DNA of 64,000 nt, from positions 1-64,000 of the forward strand of contig CBDBIJ010000091.1 of NCBI GenBank assembly GCA_965205655.1, written 5' to 3'. Below the pieces are notes generated by a model. The model was given only the letters and a program-made list of their open reading frames with translations. It had not been told where the DNA came from and ran no database searches. This DNA comes from Candidatus Latescibacterota bacterium. GTDB taxonomy: Bacteria; Latescibacterota; UBA2968; UBA8231. This document shows positions 38,118-46,450 of this stretch, piece after piece; the first letter of the stretch is position 1; each line of letters starts with the position of its first letter. The position numbers and the translations under genes were made by a program.

Positions 38118-40571
38118 GTGAAAGCTCTGAAGAAATACTGGATTCTCGTTTGTCTTCCCGCCCTCGCCGGGGCGGACGAGTTGCGCTTTGATGCAAAGCG
38201 TGACTGGGAGAAGTGGCGGCTTCCCCTCGGCGCGGTGGAACTGGAGCTGAACGGGACCATACGGCCGGTTTCGGTGCAAAAGAACATCAATGCCGTGCTG
38301 AATGCCCCGGCTTTCGAGGGGGGCATTCGCGAGGCCGGCTCTAACGAGAGCGCCGCCCGCTTCGTAATGGACGGGAGGGAGGATACGGGATGGGCACCGG
38401 ACCCCGAGGATCCACCTCGGGACTGGTATATCGAGGTCGACATGGGCCGCGTCGTGAGCGCCACGGCGATAACCTTCGTGTTCGATGAAGAAGCAGAGCC
38501 GTTCGAGCTGTTCAACGTGCTGCTGTCTGGCGGCGAGCCCCTGCAGGCGAGCGGCAATATTGCGATCGAGGGCACCCTCGTCTACAAGATCAAGGATATC
38601 ATCAGGCAGAACAAACAGCACCGCGTGACCTACGCTCCCGGCGAGGTGCTCGAGTACACGGCAATCAGGGCAGTGCGCATCGAGGTTCTCGACTTCGAGC
38701 CCGGTGGCAGGCTGATGGAGGTGGAAGTCAACGCCATCGGGCACAATGTGGCTCTGCACATGAAGCCGAACAACGGCAGCGCCCAGATGATCCTCGATCC
38801 CGATGTGTCAAATGAAGAAATAGCGGTTGCCAACGTGCTGCCGCTGGTGGATGGGGCGGTGTTCACCCGCTTTCTCGACAAGCGCGAAGCGAGGTACTCG
38901 TATGACACGTGGTGGGATTTTACGGTCGATCTGGGCGCGACTTACTGGCTGGACCAGGTGAGGATGTACGGCTGGACAGCGCTGCGGCCGAACCACACCG
39001 GTAGATATTCGGTCAGAGATAGAGAGGGGAACCTCATTCTCGTAGGCGACGGCTCCACGACCCAGGTCACCAGGGCATTCAACATCGGGTCGCAGGAGCT
39101 CCGCAACACCATCGATGCCCTGGGGCGTCGCGATTTTACCCTGAAATTCTATGAAGTGCTCACCTCCGACGGGTCCCTGGCTCCGGATGGCAGTTTCTTA
39201 TGGACGAAGCACTTCTCCGGTCGAAGGACCCTCCGAGACCAGCGATTGGGAGTCGTCGACCATCACTTCGATCTGACGCAGGCGCGCCTGTTCCGGATCC
39301 GCTGGCTCGCTTGGGACGCGGCTTGCAACGACAGATTCAGATTCGGGGCAGCGGGGTCGCAGGGCCTTACACAGGGGTTCGGAACGTGCTACGGGCATGG
39401 CACGGCGGATGAATACCAGGTTTTCGGGGAGGGCCTCCCCGCGGATGTGGAGCTCACATCCGGACCGATCGAGCTGGGTGGAGACAAGAATCTCATGAGC
39501 GTGAGCTGGGAGGCGGAAACGCCGCCGGGCACGCGGGTGGAGATCAGGAGCCGCACCGGGAATCATATGCGCGTGGACACGACCGCGTGGTTCGACAACA
39601 AGGGAGAACCGGTCAGTCAGAGGAGATGGAACAGTCTGAGGAAGCAAAATCGGGCGGGTGACGTGACGGAGATACGCAACGCCGGCGATGACTGGAGCCC
39701 GTGGAGCAACATCTACACCGCTTCCGGCCAGGCCTTCCAGTCACCCTCGCCGCGTGAGGCCATGGAGTTGAGCGCCCGTCTGGTGAGCGAATCGCCCCTG
39801 ACCGCGGCCAGTCTGGACTGGATCGCGGTGGAGTTCTCGGCACCCATCGCCAGGAGCGTCTTTGGGGAGATCGTCCCGACTCAGGTGCAACCGGGCGAGC
39901 TGACCGAATTTTCGTACTACGTCCGCCCCATGGGATCAACGCAACAGCTCGACCAGGTAACGGTTGCCGCGCCAGTGCCGGTTCGATTCATGGGGGCGTC
40001 CATCGGCGGTGAAGCTGTTGAGGTAGGGGAACCTGACAGTCTCGACGACGGCTTCCGGATAACGTTTCCGCGGACGGTGCTAGAGAATCAACTCGTGGAG
40101 GTGCGATTCGAATCGTCCGTGTTCGTGCAGGGTACGCGCTTCGAGGCGTTTCTGGGCGATAGCAAGCGCGAGGCGGTCAGACAGCGGGTGGATCCCGGTG
40201 ACGCCAATAGGCAGGTCGAGAGCAGCACGAATGTCGTGAGGCTTCCCGTCAGCGACGACCTCATTTCAGATCTGCGCGTCGAGCCACAAGTCCTCACCCC
40301 GAACGGAGACGGGATCAACGACGAGCTCGAGCTCACGTTCTTCGTGGCAAATGTGTTGAGCCCGCGCCCGATGCGATTGCGGGTGTTCGATTTGTCCGGA
40401 CGCCTCGTTCACGAGGAGGACAGAGATGCGATCGCCGGCGAGCAGACGTTCGTCTGGGACGGCAGCACCGGCGGCACAGCGGTGGCGCCCGGAGTCTACC
40501 TGCTGGAGCTCAGCCTGGCCGGCGATGCTCGCGACGACGTGTCGCACCGACTCCTGCCCGTGGCTTACTGA
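38118..40571 (+). CDS. Secreted double-discoidin-like/Ig protein with FlgD-Ig/CHU_C-type C-terminal domain (copy 2)
   Basis: Close paralog of 35284-37737; GTG 38118 after RBS ggagga; ends LPVAY. Confidence 0.87.
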   Translation: MKALKKYWILVCLPALAGADELRFDAKRDWEKWRLPLGAVELELNGTIRPVSVQKNINAVLNAPAFEGGIREAGSNESAARFVMDGREDTGWAPDPEDPPRDWYIEVDMGRVVSATAITFVFDEEAEPFELFNVLLSGGEPLQASGNIAIEGTLVYKIKDIIRQNKQHRVTYAPGEVLEYTAIRAVRIEVLDFEPGGRLMEVEVNAIGHNVALHMKPNNGSAQMILDPDVSNEEIAVANVLPLVDGAVFTRFLDKREARYSYDTWWDFTVDLGATYWLDQVRMYGWTALRPNHTGRYSVRDREGNLILVGDGSTTQVTRAFNIGSQELRNTIDALGRRDFTLKFYEVLTSDGSLAPDGSFLWTKHFSGRRTLRDQRLGVVDHHFDLTQARLFRIRWLAWDAACNDRFRFGAAGSQGLTQGFGTCYGHGTADEYQVFGEGLPADVELTSGPIELGGDKNLMSVSWEAETPPGTRVEIRSRTGNHMRVDTTAWFDNKGEPVSQRRWNSLRKQNRAGDVTEIRNAGDDWSPWSNIYTASGQAFQSPSPREAMELSARLVSESPLTAASLDWIAVEFSAPIARSVFGEIVPTQVQPGELTEFSYYVRPMGSTQQLDQVTVAAPVPVRFMGASIGGEAVEVGEPDSLDDGFRITFPRTVLENQLVEVRFESSVFVQGTRFEAFLGDSKREAVRQRVDPGDANRQVESSTNVVRLPVSDDLISDLRVEPQVLTPNGDGINDELELTFFVANVLSPRPMRLRVFDLSGRLVHEEDRDAIAGEQTFVWDGSTGGTAVAPGVYLLELSLAGDARDDVSHRLLPVAY

Positions 40572-40679
40572 CCGGATCAGCCTGCCCTCGATTTCCAGCC
40601 CGGCGGGCTGGTTCATCCCCTTCGTCATCCATCGTCGTCTCAACCGCAGCTCTGATGGCAGCTCGGGTCGCGGTGTGAC

Positions 40680-42617
40680 ATGAGCGCCAAGCCGTCCTCC
40701 GGGGTGTCCTGGCCGGCAGTCCTGACAGGAGCCGTCCTCGTCGGGGCCATCAGCATTATCTGCCCTTGGGCCATCCTCGTGGTCAAGGGCTCGCAGTTCG
40801 CCGGCAACGCCCTGCCCGTCATCGCCGTCATCCTGCTCTTTCTGCTCGTCGCTCTCGTCGTTCCAGCTCTCAAGCTCCTGCGCTCCCGGCTCGCTTTCTC
40901 AAGGGCCGAAATAATCACCATCTACATCATGATGCTCGTGGGAGCGGTGGTGGTCACTGACGGATTCAGCGGCAGCTTTCTCACCGTCATAACAGGGGCC
41001 GTTTACTACGCCACCCCCGAAAACAGGTGGCTGGAACTCTTCGCTCCCAACATCCACCCCTGGTTGGCGCCCACCGATCGCGATGCGGTGCGCTGGTTCT
41101 ACGAGGGACTTCCGGCTGGAATGGCAATCCCGTGGTCGGCGTGGGCGCGACCGCTGGCGGCGTGGCTTCCCTTCATGCTCGTCTTCTACTGGGTTTTGTT
41201 CTGCGTCGGCGTGTTGCTGCGGGGGCAGTGGGTGGAAAACGACAGGCTCGTGTTTCCCCTCACCCGCCTGCCACTGGCCATGACCGAGGATGCTGACGAT
41301 GGCGGCAGGCTCGTGGAGCGGCTGTTGAAACACCCGCTGCTGTGGCTGGGATTCTCAGTCCCTTTCCTGTTTCACTCGTGGAATGGGCTCACCTTCTACT
41401 ACGACGGTCTTCAGAAACTATCCGTGGGCGGTGCTCTGCAGCTGCTGAACGGTGAGGTACTCGTACAGTATCGGCTGAATCTCCCCGTCATCGGATTGGC
41501 GTGGCTGATGCCCCTGGGCATCTCCTTCAGCATCTGGTTTTTCCACTCTCTCGGCGTCTTTCAGGATTGGATACTGAAGCGCCTCGGCATCGTGGTCGGC
41601 AGCCTCGACGTGTGGGATTCGGGCGGCTCGCCGATCAGCATTCTGCACGAACAGGCCGGGGCGCTCACGGTGCTGTGCTTTTTCGTGCTGTGGACGGCGC
41701 GCCGGCATCTGAAGGAATTCTGCTGGGCCGCCCTGCGCGGAGAAAGGAGAGAGCGGGAGCCACTATCCCCCAGACTTGCCCTGATCGGGCTGCCGGTGGG
41801 GCTGGTCCTGATGGTGAGCTGGCTGACGATCACCGGCCTCTCGCTCTACGTGGCCGTCCTGCTCGTGGCCGGGTCTCTCGTCGTCTTTATCGCCCTGTCC
41901 CGCATCGTCTGCGAGGTGGGTCTGCCCAGCATCCAATCGCCGATGGTGCCCCAGACCTTCATTACCCGCGGTTTCGGACCGGGTGTGCTGCAGCTGAAGA
42001 ACATGACGGGACTGGGCCTGAGCACGGTGTGGATGGGCGACACGGTCACCAACATGATGAACGCGGTGATGCACAGCATGAAGCTCACCTCTACGAGGGC
42101 AGCGGCTGACCGCCGGTTGCCGCTGGCCATGCTGCTCGCCATCGTCATCGGACTGGCGGGGTCGCTGTGGTGCATCATGACGCTGGCCCATACCCACGGC
42201 GGCATCAACCTGCAGCCCTGGTGGTTCAGCGCGGCGCCGAGGTGGCCCTTCCGATTCATGGCTTCGGTCTACAACTCACCCGAACCGAGCTTTGCCCCGC
42301 GAGCGCTGTTTACCGCCATCGGGGCGGGAATCATGTCGGCGCTCCTGTTCCTGCGGGCACGCTTCCCCTGGTGGCCCCTCAACCCGATAGGCTTTCCGAT
42401 CGCCAAGACGGTGACCATCGTCTACTGGAACTGGCTCGCCATATTCACCGCATGGGTGTTGAAGTTCCTCGTTCTGCGCTACGGCGGCGTCCGCGTATTT
42501 CGCACCCTGACGCCATTTTTCCTTGGTTTGATCCTCGGCGAATTCTCGACAGCCGGTCTGTGGCTCGTCATAGACGGTGTCAACGGCGTCGAGGGAAATA
42601 TCATCTTCAGGCAATGA
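40680..42617 (+). CDS. Polytopic membrane protein, DUF6785/DUF6784-like (putative peptide/oligomer transporter), copy 1
   Basis: Many TM segments; YYATPENRW, IPWSAW, QWVENDRLVFPL, WWPLNPIGF, LRYGG...PFFLGLILGE. Confidence 0.82.
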   Translation: MSAKPSSGVSWPAVLTGAVLVGAISIICPWAILVVKGSQFAGNALPVIAVILLFLLVALVVPALKLLRSRLAFSRAEIITIYIMMLVGAVVVTDGFSGSFLTVITGAVYYATPENRWLELFAPNIHPWLAPTDRDAVRWFYEGLPAGMAIPWSAWARPLAAWLPFMLVFYWVLFCVGVLLRGQWVENDRLVFPLTRLPLAMTEDADDGGRLVERLLKHPLLWLGFSVPFLFHSWNGLTFYYDGLQKLSVGGALQLLNGEVLVQYRLNLPVIGLAWLMPLGISFSIWFFHSLGVFQDWILKRLGIVVGSLDVWDSGGSPISILHEQAGALTVLCFFVLWTARRHLKEFCWAALRGERREREPLSPRLALIGLPVGLVLMVSWLTITGLSLYVAVLLVAGSLVVFIALSRIVCEVGLPSIQSPMVPQTFITRGFGPGVLQLKNMTGLGLSTVWMGDTVTNMMNAVMHSMKLTSTRAAADRRLPLAMLLAIVIGLAGSLWCIMTLAHTHGGINLQPWWFSAAPRWPFRFMASVYNSPEPSFAPRALFTAIGAGIMSALLFLRARFPWWPLNPIGFPIAKTVTIVYWNWLAIFTAWVLKFLVLRYGGVRVFRTLTPFFLGLILGEFSTAGLWLVIDGVNGVEGNIIFRQ

Positions 42618-42655
42618 TCTCGCGGGGATAGAGTGTTGGAGATCCACGGAGCAAG

Positions 42656-44599
42656 ATGAGCGACAGATCCACCTCCGGCGTGAGCGGCCGAGCCATTCTG
42701 ACCGGCGCTGTCCTGGTAGGCGCCATCAGCATCATCAGCCCCTGGGCCATCCTCATCGTCAAGGGCTCGCAGCTGGCCGGCAACGCCGTGCCCATCATCG
42801 CCGTCTTCTTCCTGTTCGGCCTCGTCGCCGTCTTCGTACCGGCACTCAAACTGCTCGGAGCCCGGCTCGCTTTTTCCAGAGCCGAGCTTATCACCGTCTA
42901 CACCATGATGCTGGTGGGCTCGGTGATCGTCACCGTGGGGTTCAGCGGCAGCTTTCTCACCGTCACGACGGGCGCCATCTACTACGCCACGCCGGAAAAC
43001 CGGTGGCACGAGCTCTTTGTCTCCAACCTCCACAAATGGCTGGCGCCCACTGATCACGAGGCCGTGCGATGGTTCTACGAAGGCCTCCCCGAGGGCGTGC
43101 CGATTCCGTGGTCGGCATGGGTGCGTCCACTGGCGGCGTGGATACCCTTCATCCTCGCCTTCTACTGGGTGCTCTTCTGCATCGGGGTACTGTTGCGGGG
43201 ACAGTGGGTGGAGAACGAACGGCTCGCCTTTCCGCTCACCCGCCTGCCGCTGGCAATGATCGAAGACGTCGACGATCGCGGCAGGCTCGTAGGACGACTG
43301 TTCAAGAGGCCGCTGTTGTGGGTGGGTTTTCTGATTCCCTTTCTCTTCCACTCGTGGAACTCGCTCAGCGGCTACTTCGACGGCATCCCGAGAATGGCCG
43401 TGGGTGGTGCCTATCCGCTGCTGAACGGGGAGGTGATGATCCAGTATCGACTCAATCTTCCCGTCATCGGACTGGCTTACCTCATGCCGCTCGACGTCTC
43501 ATTCAGCATCTGGTTTTTCCACGTCCTCGGGCTCGCTCAGGAGTGGGTATTGAAGCGCCTGGGGATCGGCACAGGTCTCGGTCTCGACATCTGGGACTCG
43601 GGCGGCTCCCCGGTGAGCATGCTGCACGAGCAGGCCGGCGCCCTGGCAGTGCTCTGCATTTTCGTGTTGTGGACGGCGCGCGGGCATCTGAAGGAATTCT
43701 GCCGGGCAGCCATCCGAGGAGACCGGAGAGAGCAAGAGCCGGTCTCTCCTCGCGTGGCAATCGTCGGACTGCCGCTGGGCCTGGTGATCATGGTGGGGTG
43801 GCTGACAACGACAGGCCTCCTCTCGCTTGGAGTGGCCGTCCTTCTAGTGGGAGGGGCGCTCGTCGTCTTCATCGGCCTTTCGCGCATCGTCTGCGAAGCG
43901 GGTCTGCCCAGCGTTCAATCGCCGATGGTGCCCCAGGCGTTCATCACGCGGGGCTTCGGGCCGGACACGCTCCAGTTGCACAACATGACCGGACTGGGCC
44001 TGGCCACGGTGTGGATCGGGGATACGATCACGAACATGATGAACGCCGTGATGCACAGCCTCAAGCTCACGTCGACACAGAGCAGGGCTGACCGCCGGCT
44101 GCCGCTCGCCATGCTGCTGGCTGTCGCCATCGGTATGACGGGATCGGTGTGGTGCATCATGACGGTGGCCTACGCCCACGGCGGCATCAATCTCCAGGGC
44201 TACTGGTTCGAGCTGTTGCCCAAGTGGCCCTTCAGCTACATGGACTCGGCCTACAACTCGCCGGAGTCGAGCTTCACTCCGCGGGTGCTCTTTACCGCCA
44301 TCGGAGCGGGTGTCATGTGGGTGCTCCTCTTCTTGAAGAGTCGCTACATGTGGTGGCCTCTCAACCCGATCGGGTTTCCGATCGCCAAGACGGTGACTAT
44401 CGCCTATTGGAACGGGCTCGCCATTTTCACGGCGTGGATATTGAAGGCTTTCATTCTGCGCTACGGTGGCGTACGCCTGTATCGCAATCTGACACCGTTT
44501 TTTCTCGGATTGATTTTGGGAGAGTTCTCGACCGCCTGCATGTGGGCGTTCATCGACGGGCTGAACGGCGTCGAGGGGAACATCATATTCAGGAACTGA
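42656..44599 (+). CDS. Polytopic membrane protein, DUF6785/DUF6784-like, copy 2
   Basis: Collinear paralog of 40680-42617 with the same motifs. Confidence 0.82.
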   Translation: MSDRSTSGVSGRAILTGAVLVGAISIISPWAILIVKGSQLAGNAVPIIAVFFLFGLVAVFVPALKLLGARLAFSRAELITVYTMMLVGSVIVTVGFSGSFLTVTTGAIYYATPENRWHELFVSNLHKWLAPTDHEAVRWFYEGLPEGVPIPWSAWVRPLAAWIPFILAFYWVLFCIGVLLRGQWVENERLAFPLTRLPLAMIEDVDDRGRLVGRLFKRPLLWVGFLIPFLFHSWNSLSGYFDGIPRMAVGGAYPLLNGEVMIQYRLNLPVIGLAYLMPLDVSFSIWFFHVLGLAQEWVLKRLGIGTGLGLDIWDSGGSPVSMLHEQAGALAVLCIFVLWTARGHLKEFCRAAIRGDRREQEPVSPRVAIVGLPLGLVIMVGWLTTTGLLSLGVAVLLVGGALVVFIGLSRIVCEAGLPSVQSPMVPQAFITRGFGPDTLQLHNMTGLGLATVWIGDTITNMMNAVMHSLKLTSTQSRADRRLPLAMLLAVAIGMTGSVWCIMTVAYAHGGINLQGYWFELLPKWPFSYMDSAYNSPESSFTPRVLFTAIGAGVMWVLLFLKSRYMWWPLNPIGFPIAKTVTIAYWNGLAIFTAWILKAFILRYGGVRLYRNLTPFFLGLILGEFSTACMWAFIDGLNGVEGNIIFRN

Positions 44600-44641
44600 G
44601 CTCACATGAACAATTGAGCGCGGCCGTGGGAAGGACGCTGT

Positions 44642-45706
44642 TCAGGACGGGTCGACGTGGCGGCGGACGATATCTATGAGCAGAGCCACATCGTCGCGGG
44701 CGGCATCGACGGGCGTTCTACAGGTCTCGCCGTCGACGATGCAGGCGTGAAAGTGACGCAGCTCGCGCATGAAGGCGCCCTCCCACTCGATGGCTGGCTC
44801 TGACGTATAAGCCCGGTCATCGGCGTCGACCCCGTGAATGGTCACCGTCGAGAGGATCCCCCGCGCATACCCGGTGGGATAAGACAACGTGATCCTGCGG
44901 TCGTCGGCGTAAACTTCCACCGTTTCCTTGAAGGCGCGAACGTCCGGGGATTCCACCCAGGTGAGCGCGCATCGAGCGCCCATCCCATACTCCAGGATCG
45001 TCGTAATTCCCTGGCCACCGTTCCAGATTTCCGTGCTCACAACGCGCTCGGGCAGACCGAAAAGGAGTCGCAGGCCGTAGATATCGTGGATCATGCTGCC
45101 GGTGGCGACGAAGAAAGCCCGCTCCACGTGAGGTGGGATCTCCCCCAACGGGGTACGCGGCCCAGGTGGAGTTCGCTGCTTCGGTCGCTCGGGAAGATCG
45201 TCAGCCTGCCTGAGTCGGAACTGCCGCAGGTAGTGGGCGTTGGCCGTGTGCATGTGGTTGGCCTGGATGAAGCGGATGGAATCGAGGGCTGAGACCTCGC
45301 GCTGAGCCAGTTCGAAGGCCGGGTCGTACACCTTCATGTAGCCCATCTGGGCAATGCGATTGCTCGTACGGGCGGCGTCGATGATGGCGTCGGCGTCGGC
45401 AAGGGTGTAGCACATCGGCTTCTCGATGAAGGTGTGGACACCCGCCTCGAGGGACGCCACGGCGATCTCCGTCTTCGGATCGCCATGGCATAGCAGGACA
45501 GCGTCTACGTCGGCGGCCAGCAGATCGCGGTAATCGGTGACGTGGCGGGAGACGTGGAAATCTTCGGCTACGGAGCTGGCGAGGCGGGCCGAACGGTCGC
45601 AGAGCACGGCGATCTCGAAATCGTCAGGGCGCGCGGCGAGATTGGGCAGGTGTTGCACCTGAGCGATGCCTCCGCAGCCGACGACGCCTATTCGAATGCG
45701 AGCCAC
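44642..45706 (-). CDS. Gfo/Idh/MocA family oxidoreductase
   Basis: RIGVVGCGGIAQVQHLP, FIEKPMC, GYMKVYDPA, SMIHDI. Likely GTG start at 45706. Confidence 0.92.
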   Translation of the reverse strand: MARIRIGVVGCGGIAQVQHLPNLAARPDDFEIAVLCDRSARLASSVAEDFHVSRHVTDYRDLLAADVDAVLLCHGDPKTEIAVASLEAGVHTFIEKPMCYTLADADAIIDAARTSNRIAQMGYMKVYDPAFELAQREVSALDSIRFIQANHMHTANAHYLRQFRLRQADDLPERPKQRTPPGPRTPLGEIPPHVERAFFVATGSMIHDIYGLRLLFGLPERVVSTEIWNGGQGITTILEYGMGARCALTWVESPDVRAFKETVEVYADDRRITLSYPTGYARGILSTVTIHGVDADDRAYTSEPAIEWEGAFMRELRHFHACIVDGETCRTPVDAARDDVALLIDIVRRHVDPS

Positions 45707-45713
45707 GAGCGCC

Positions 45714-46361
45714 TCAGTCGCCGGACTTTCTCTGAGGAGCTCGAGGAGCCACCTCGTTCCAAATTTCGGACAGCGAGTACAGCTGCGTGAAGGTTTCGCA
45801 GACGCCGTTCCACATAGAATTGCGGAGCTCGGCCGCAGTTTCCCCATCTCCGGCGGACAGTGCCTCTTTTATACGCTCGCTCGACTGGCGATGGACATCG
45901 GCGCTGCGCCCGGCAATCTCCGCGAGTTTCGCCGACGCAGCTGTGAGGCGATCCAGCAGTTCGTCCTCTGAGATGTCCATGTCGGCCTCGACCTGGTAGT
46001 TCGCTGACGGCTGAAAATCGTGCGGGAGGTGTGCGCCATCCTCGGTCCGATTGGTGTGGGTTGGCTGGACATGGGGCGTCACGGAGAGGTACATGATCAC
46101 CGGCTCGTCGCCCACGGCCTCCACCGTGTGCGGTTCGTCGGCCAGGGCGATGCACAGCTGGCCCGGCCCGACTACTGCCTCCTCGCCGGAGATCACGAAG
46201 CGGGCCCTGCCCTGCAACATGAGAAAGATCTCATGCCCCAGATCGTGACTGTGAAGATTCGCTTTGTCGCCCGGCTTCATGGGCATGAAGCGGCAGCGGA
46301 TGTGGGGCGTGACGAGGAGGTGACGAATGTCCTCGCGGAAGTCGTAGACCTGCAGCGCCAT
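45714..46361 (-). CDS. Cupin domain protein with a C-terminal helical extension
   Basis: LHSHDLGHEIFLMLQG...GPGQLCIALADEPHTV cupin motifs. Confidence 0.88.
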   Translation of the reverse strand: MALQVYDFREDIRHLLVTPHIRCRFMPMKPGDKANLHSHDLGHEIFLMLQGRARFVISGEEAVVGPGQLCIALADEPHTVEAVGDEPVIMYLSVTPHVQPTHTNRTEDGAHLPHDFQPSANYQVEADMDISEDELLDRLTAASAKLAEIAGRSADVHRQSSERIKEALSAGDGETAAELRNSMWNGVCETFTQLYSLSEIWNEVAPRAPQRKSGD

Positions 46362-46450
46362 GTCGATGCTCCTGTTCAGTCACGATGGGGAGGTCACCGG
46401 GTAGTACCGCACCAGCGACGTCGGGAAGGTCAGGCACCGAAGCGATCAGA

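Larger units (their letters stand above)
35095..40790. repeat. Tandem segmental duplication, unit ~2.83 kb
   Basis: 35100-37930 aligns to 37935-40790, including intergenic DNA. Offset is 2834 bp within the genes (e.g. Cys codons at 36490 and 39324). Confidence 0.95.

Noticed and set aside
36490..39389. Diversity-generating retroelement (TR/VR) explanation for the variable loop
   Set aside because: Differences are not adenine-specific (ctg/ggg, gct/tcg, ggc/ttc), both copies are full genes, and no reverse transcriptase is in the window.
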